Source: an uncultured Methanosarcinaceae archaeon
GTDB taxonomy: Archaea > Halobacteriota > Methanosarcinia > Methanosarcinales > Methanosarcinaceae
DNA length: 64,000 bases
Assembly: GCA_963721455.1 (NCBI GenBank)
Contig: CAVRJG010000039.1
Coordinates: 128,001-192,000, forward strand
Direction of reading: 5' to 3'
Part shown: piece by piece, positions 61,903 to 64,000 of the stretch
How positions within the stretch are numbered: the stretch's first letter is position 1
How the letters are laid out: each line of letters begins with the position of its first letter
Notes under the pieces: model-generated
The model's database searches: none
Told to the model about the DNA's origin: nothing
Seen by the model: only the letters and a program-made list of their open reading frames with translations
Made by a program: the position numbers and the translations under genes

Positions 61903-62361
61903 TTATATGCCTGTATTTATATTGTCTAGTTTAGTCGTTACATTACTAATACCCGTAGTTATGTTTTTATACGCTGTCGTTATATTGTCTATTTTTGTCG
62001 TTACATTATTGATGTCCGTAGTTACGTTTTTATATGCTGTCGTTATATTGTCTATTTTTGTCGTTACATTATTAATGTCCGTAGTTACGTTATTGTACGC
62101 TGTTGTTATATTATCTATTTTTGCCGTTATATTGCTATAAGTTGTCGTTGCATTGTCATATGCCGCCGTTACATTGTCATAGGCTGCTGTTATATTATGA
62201 TATGATGCTGTTGCATTGTTATACTCTGTCGTTACGTTATTGTACGCTGTTGTTCCATTATTATAGTCTTTTATTACAGTCGGTCCGTAATTTATGGCGA
62301 GGTATATTATCGCTAAAATTATTGCCAAATTTATTATATATCTGAGCTTCATTTTCATCAT
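61903..62361 (-). CDS. Membrane-anchored heptad-repeat protein rich in N-x-T sequons
   Basis: N-terminal TM helix followed by 17 heptads (Y/I)xN(V/I/A)Txx; 21/63-bp DNA repeats. Confidence 0.75.
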   Translation of the reverse strand: MMKMKLRYIINLAIILAIIYLAINYGPTVIKDYNNGTTAYNNVTTEYNNATASYHNITAAYDNVTAAYDNATTTYSNITAKIDNITTAYNNVTTDINNVTTKIDNITTAYKNVTTDINNVTTKIDNITTAYKNITTGISNVTTKLDNINTGI

Positions 62362-62585
62362 CCAGATCAATAAATGTGTATCTACACACAAATTATTATT
62401 AAATAATTTGAAGGGGCTCGGTGATATTTCGTCTCGAATATACGTTTACTATCGGATGCGCGCTTGCCTTCTCGGTTCCGGGCTCGTTGGTGCTGTGTAT
62501 CGTGTCCGTTTGCTGTTGCGGGTTATTTGTAATTTTTGAAGCATTTCTGATAGCAACGTTTCAGGATAAAAAACGTTTTATTCAA

Positions 62586-62715
62586 GAGCTCATACCAAAA
62601 CTCAAAATTTGCTTCTTGAATCTTGTATTTCGAATAATAGATCAAGTTTCGGATCATGAAAGCAAATCTGAAAACTCTTAACGATCAGGAATAAAATAGC
62701 TTTTGGGATGAGCTC
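62586..62715. mobile_element. 130-bp MITE-like element, family 1 (inverted copy)
   Basis: GAGCTCATACCAAAA / TTTTGGGATGAGCTC; interior is the reverse-complement homologue of 14102-14231. Confidence 0.7.
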
Positions 62716-62811
62716 ATTAAAAAACCTGTCAGATAATAAAACATTGAAGTTGAGCATTCTGCGTCTAGATAAAAAAGAAAAAACCCGGTTTACGGGTCAG
62801 CGGGGGAAATC

Positions 62812-63228
62812 TCAGTTCACCCTGACCGTAGCGTTCATTTCCGGGATATTTTTAACAATAAAACGGTAGGTTCCGGTTTCATTAAAAGTGTAAGTGAAAG
62901 GCACCCTGTATGAAAGTATTTCATCCGGAAACAGCCCGTCTTCACTAACAAGCACGTAATTGCCCTGCCTTTTGTCGCTCCACCAGGAAATAGTGTCCCC
63001 TCTTGAAATATTCAGTTCAGAAGGCTTAATCATTTCATAAATCGTAAGGTGGACAATATGATCTTCTCCGGATTCTGAAGAAGCATTTTCTTCCTGCTGC
63101 ACTGCCGCACCGGCTTTCGGTGTTGAAGTATTGGTGTCATCGGGTACAGGCCCCGCATCTTTCTCAGCACAGCCTGAGGCGAATAAGAACACAAACACTA
63201 CAAGTAAAATCAGAATTTTCCTTTTCAT
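62812..63228 (-). CDS. Lipoprotein with a cupredoxin-like C-terminal domain
   Basis: Lipobox LFASGC; P.ELNISRGDTI.W and FTYTFNETGTY.F..M motifs; Cu-ligand Cys/His not seen. Confidence 0.7.
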   Translation of the reverse strand: MKRKILILLVVFVFLFASGCAEKDAGPVPDDTNTSTPKAGAAVQQEENASSESGEDHIVHLTIYEMIKPSELNISRGDTISWWSDKRQGNYVLVSEDGLFPDEILSYRVPFTYTFNETGTYRFIVKNIPEMNATVRVN

Positions 63229-63492
63229 AAATACCACATCTTTTGATGCTTATAATATAAGTTCAGCCTACATTCATTATCTTTTTGATATGATTTTGAT
63301 AAGAGCAAAACGATAAAAAAGGCGTTCAGGGAAAAAAAGAAGCAAAGTAGAGGCAGGAATTGAAGAAAAAGAGTTGGAGCATGAAATCAGTGAGAGATAA
63401 AGAAATAGAAAATGAAACAGAGAGTAAAATCAGATAATGAAACGAGAGTAAAATGAAAATCAGATTGAGAAAAAAATCAAAATAAGGATTTA

Positions 63493-63564
63493 CGTCCCGA
63501 CTGAGACTTGAACTCAGGTCTAAGGCTCCGCAGGCCTCAAGGATATCCACTACCCTATCGGGAC
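63493..63564 (-). tRNA. tRNA-Arg(GCG)
   Basis: GTCCCGA...TCGGGACG acceptor stem, anticodon arm GAGGC-CT GCG GA-GCCTT. Confidence 0.93.
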
Positions 63565-63735
63565 GCAAGCGAGCACCATTGATAAGCACATTCAAGGATA
63601 TAAAGCTTATTCCTCGATAGCCGGTTCAACCCACAGTTTGCCCTTCTTGCCCTCGCGAGAGCTGAAGAAAAAATCCTGTTTCCCTAGCATCAATATCAAT
63701 AAAGATTAAATGCAACAAGTTCGTTCTTATAATTT

Positions 63736-64000
63736 ATGTCGATGACCATAGGACTTGCAGGAAAGCCCAATGCGGGGAAATCCACTTTTTTCAAAGCTGC
63801 TACCCTTGCAGATGTTGAAATTGCAAATTATCCTTTTACAACCATTAACGCCAATCACGGAGTTACCTATGTGCGGGCTGAGTGCCCCTGCAAAGATAAG
63901 GAAAAGACATGTGGAAAGTGTGTGGATGGAATCAGGCTCGTACCTATTGATATAATTGACGTTGCCGGACTTGTCCCTGATGCATATAAAGGAAGAGGAC
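63736..64000 (+). CDS. ychF: YchF/Ygr210-type OBG-family NTPase, 5' part
   Basis: [33 protein letters not shown] (not in the ORF track; runs off the window). Confidence 0.88.
   Translation, partial: MSMTIGLAGKPNAGKSTFFKAATLADVEIANYPFTTINANHGVTYVRAECPCKDKEKTCGKCVDGIRLVPIDIIDVAGLVPDAYKGRG

Noticed and set aside
63326-63595. 89-aa minus-strand ORF, and the 66-aa ORF at 63755
   Set aside because: The first overlaps tRNA-Arg; the second is an alternative frame of ychF

Overview
Archaeal DNA, almost certainly Methanosarcina (inferred from mtaA/ramM/mtaCB, Msr-type regulators and gene order). The core content is ilvE, moeA, two GTPases, an ABC exporter, a six-gene Ehr (hydrogenase-4-like) operon, a CHASE4 hybrid kinase/response regulator/Msr module, the methanol methyltransferase cluster and three tRNAs. 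The most unusual part is 11.1-18.6 kb. (i) Three tandem, diverged non-coding elements share an identical 21-bp promoter-like block and fold, with compensatory changes, into the same Y-shaped RNA with two G-rich (mostly UGGGGG) loops. (ii) A ~5.8-kb island bounded by a 16-bp duplication of the tRNA-Gln 3' end carries four cassettes plus a remnant. Each cassette has a long conserved upstream region, a conserved signal peptide, a hypervariable Gly-rich peptide with Trp/Cys and a conserved 3' hairpin. A related signal-peptide cassette at 47.8 kb sits between two truncated genes. Also notable: an Ehr small subunit that has lost its Fe-S cysteines, a membrane-anchored heptad-repeat protein with 16 consecutive N-x-T sequons, two MITE families and several pseudogenes. 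All calls come from reading the sequence by eye; no searches were run.
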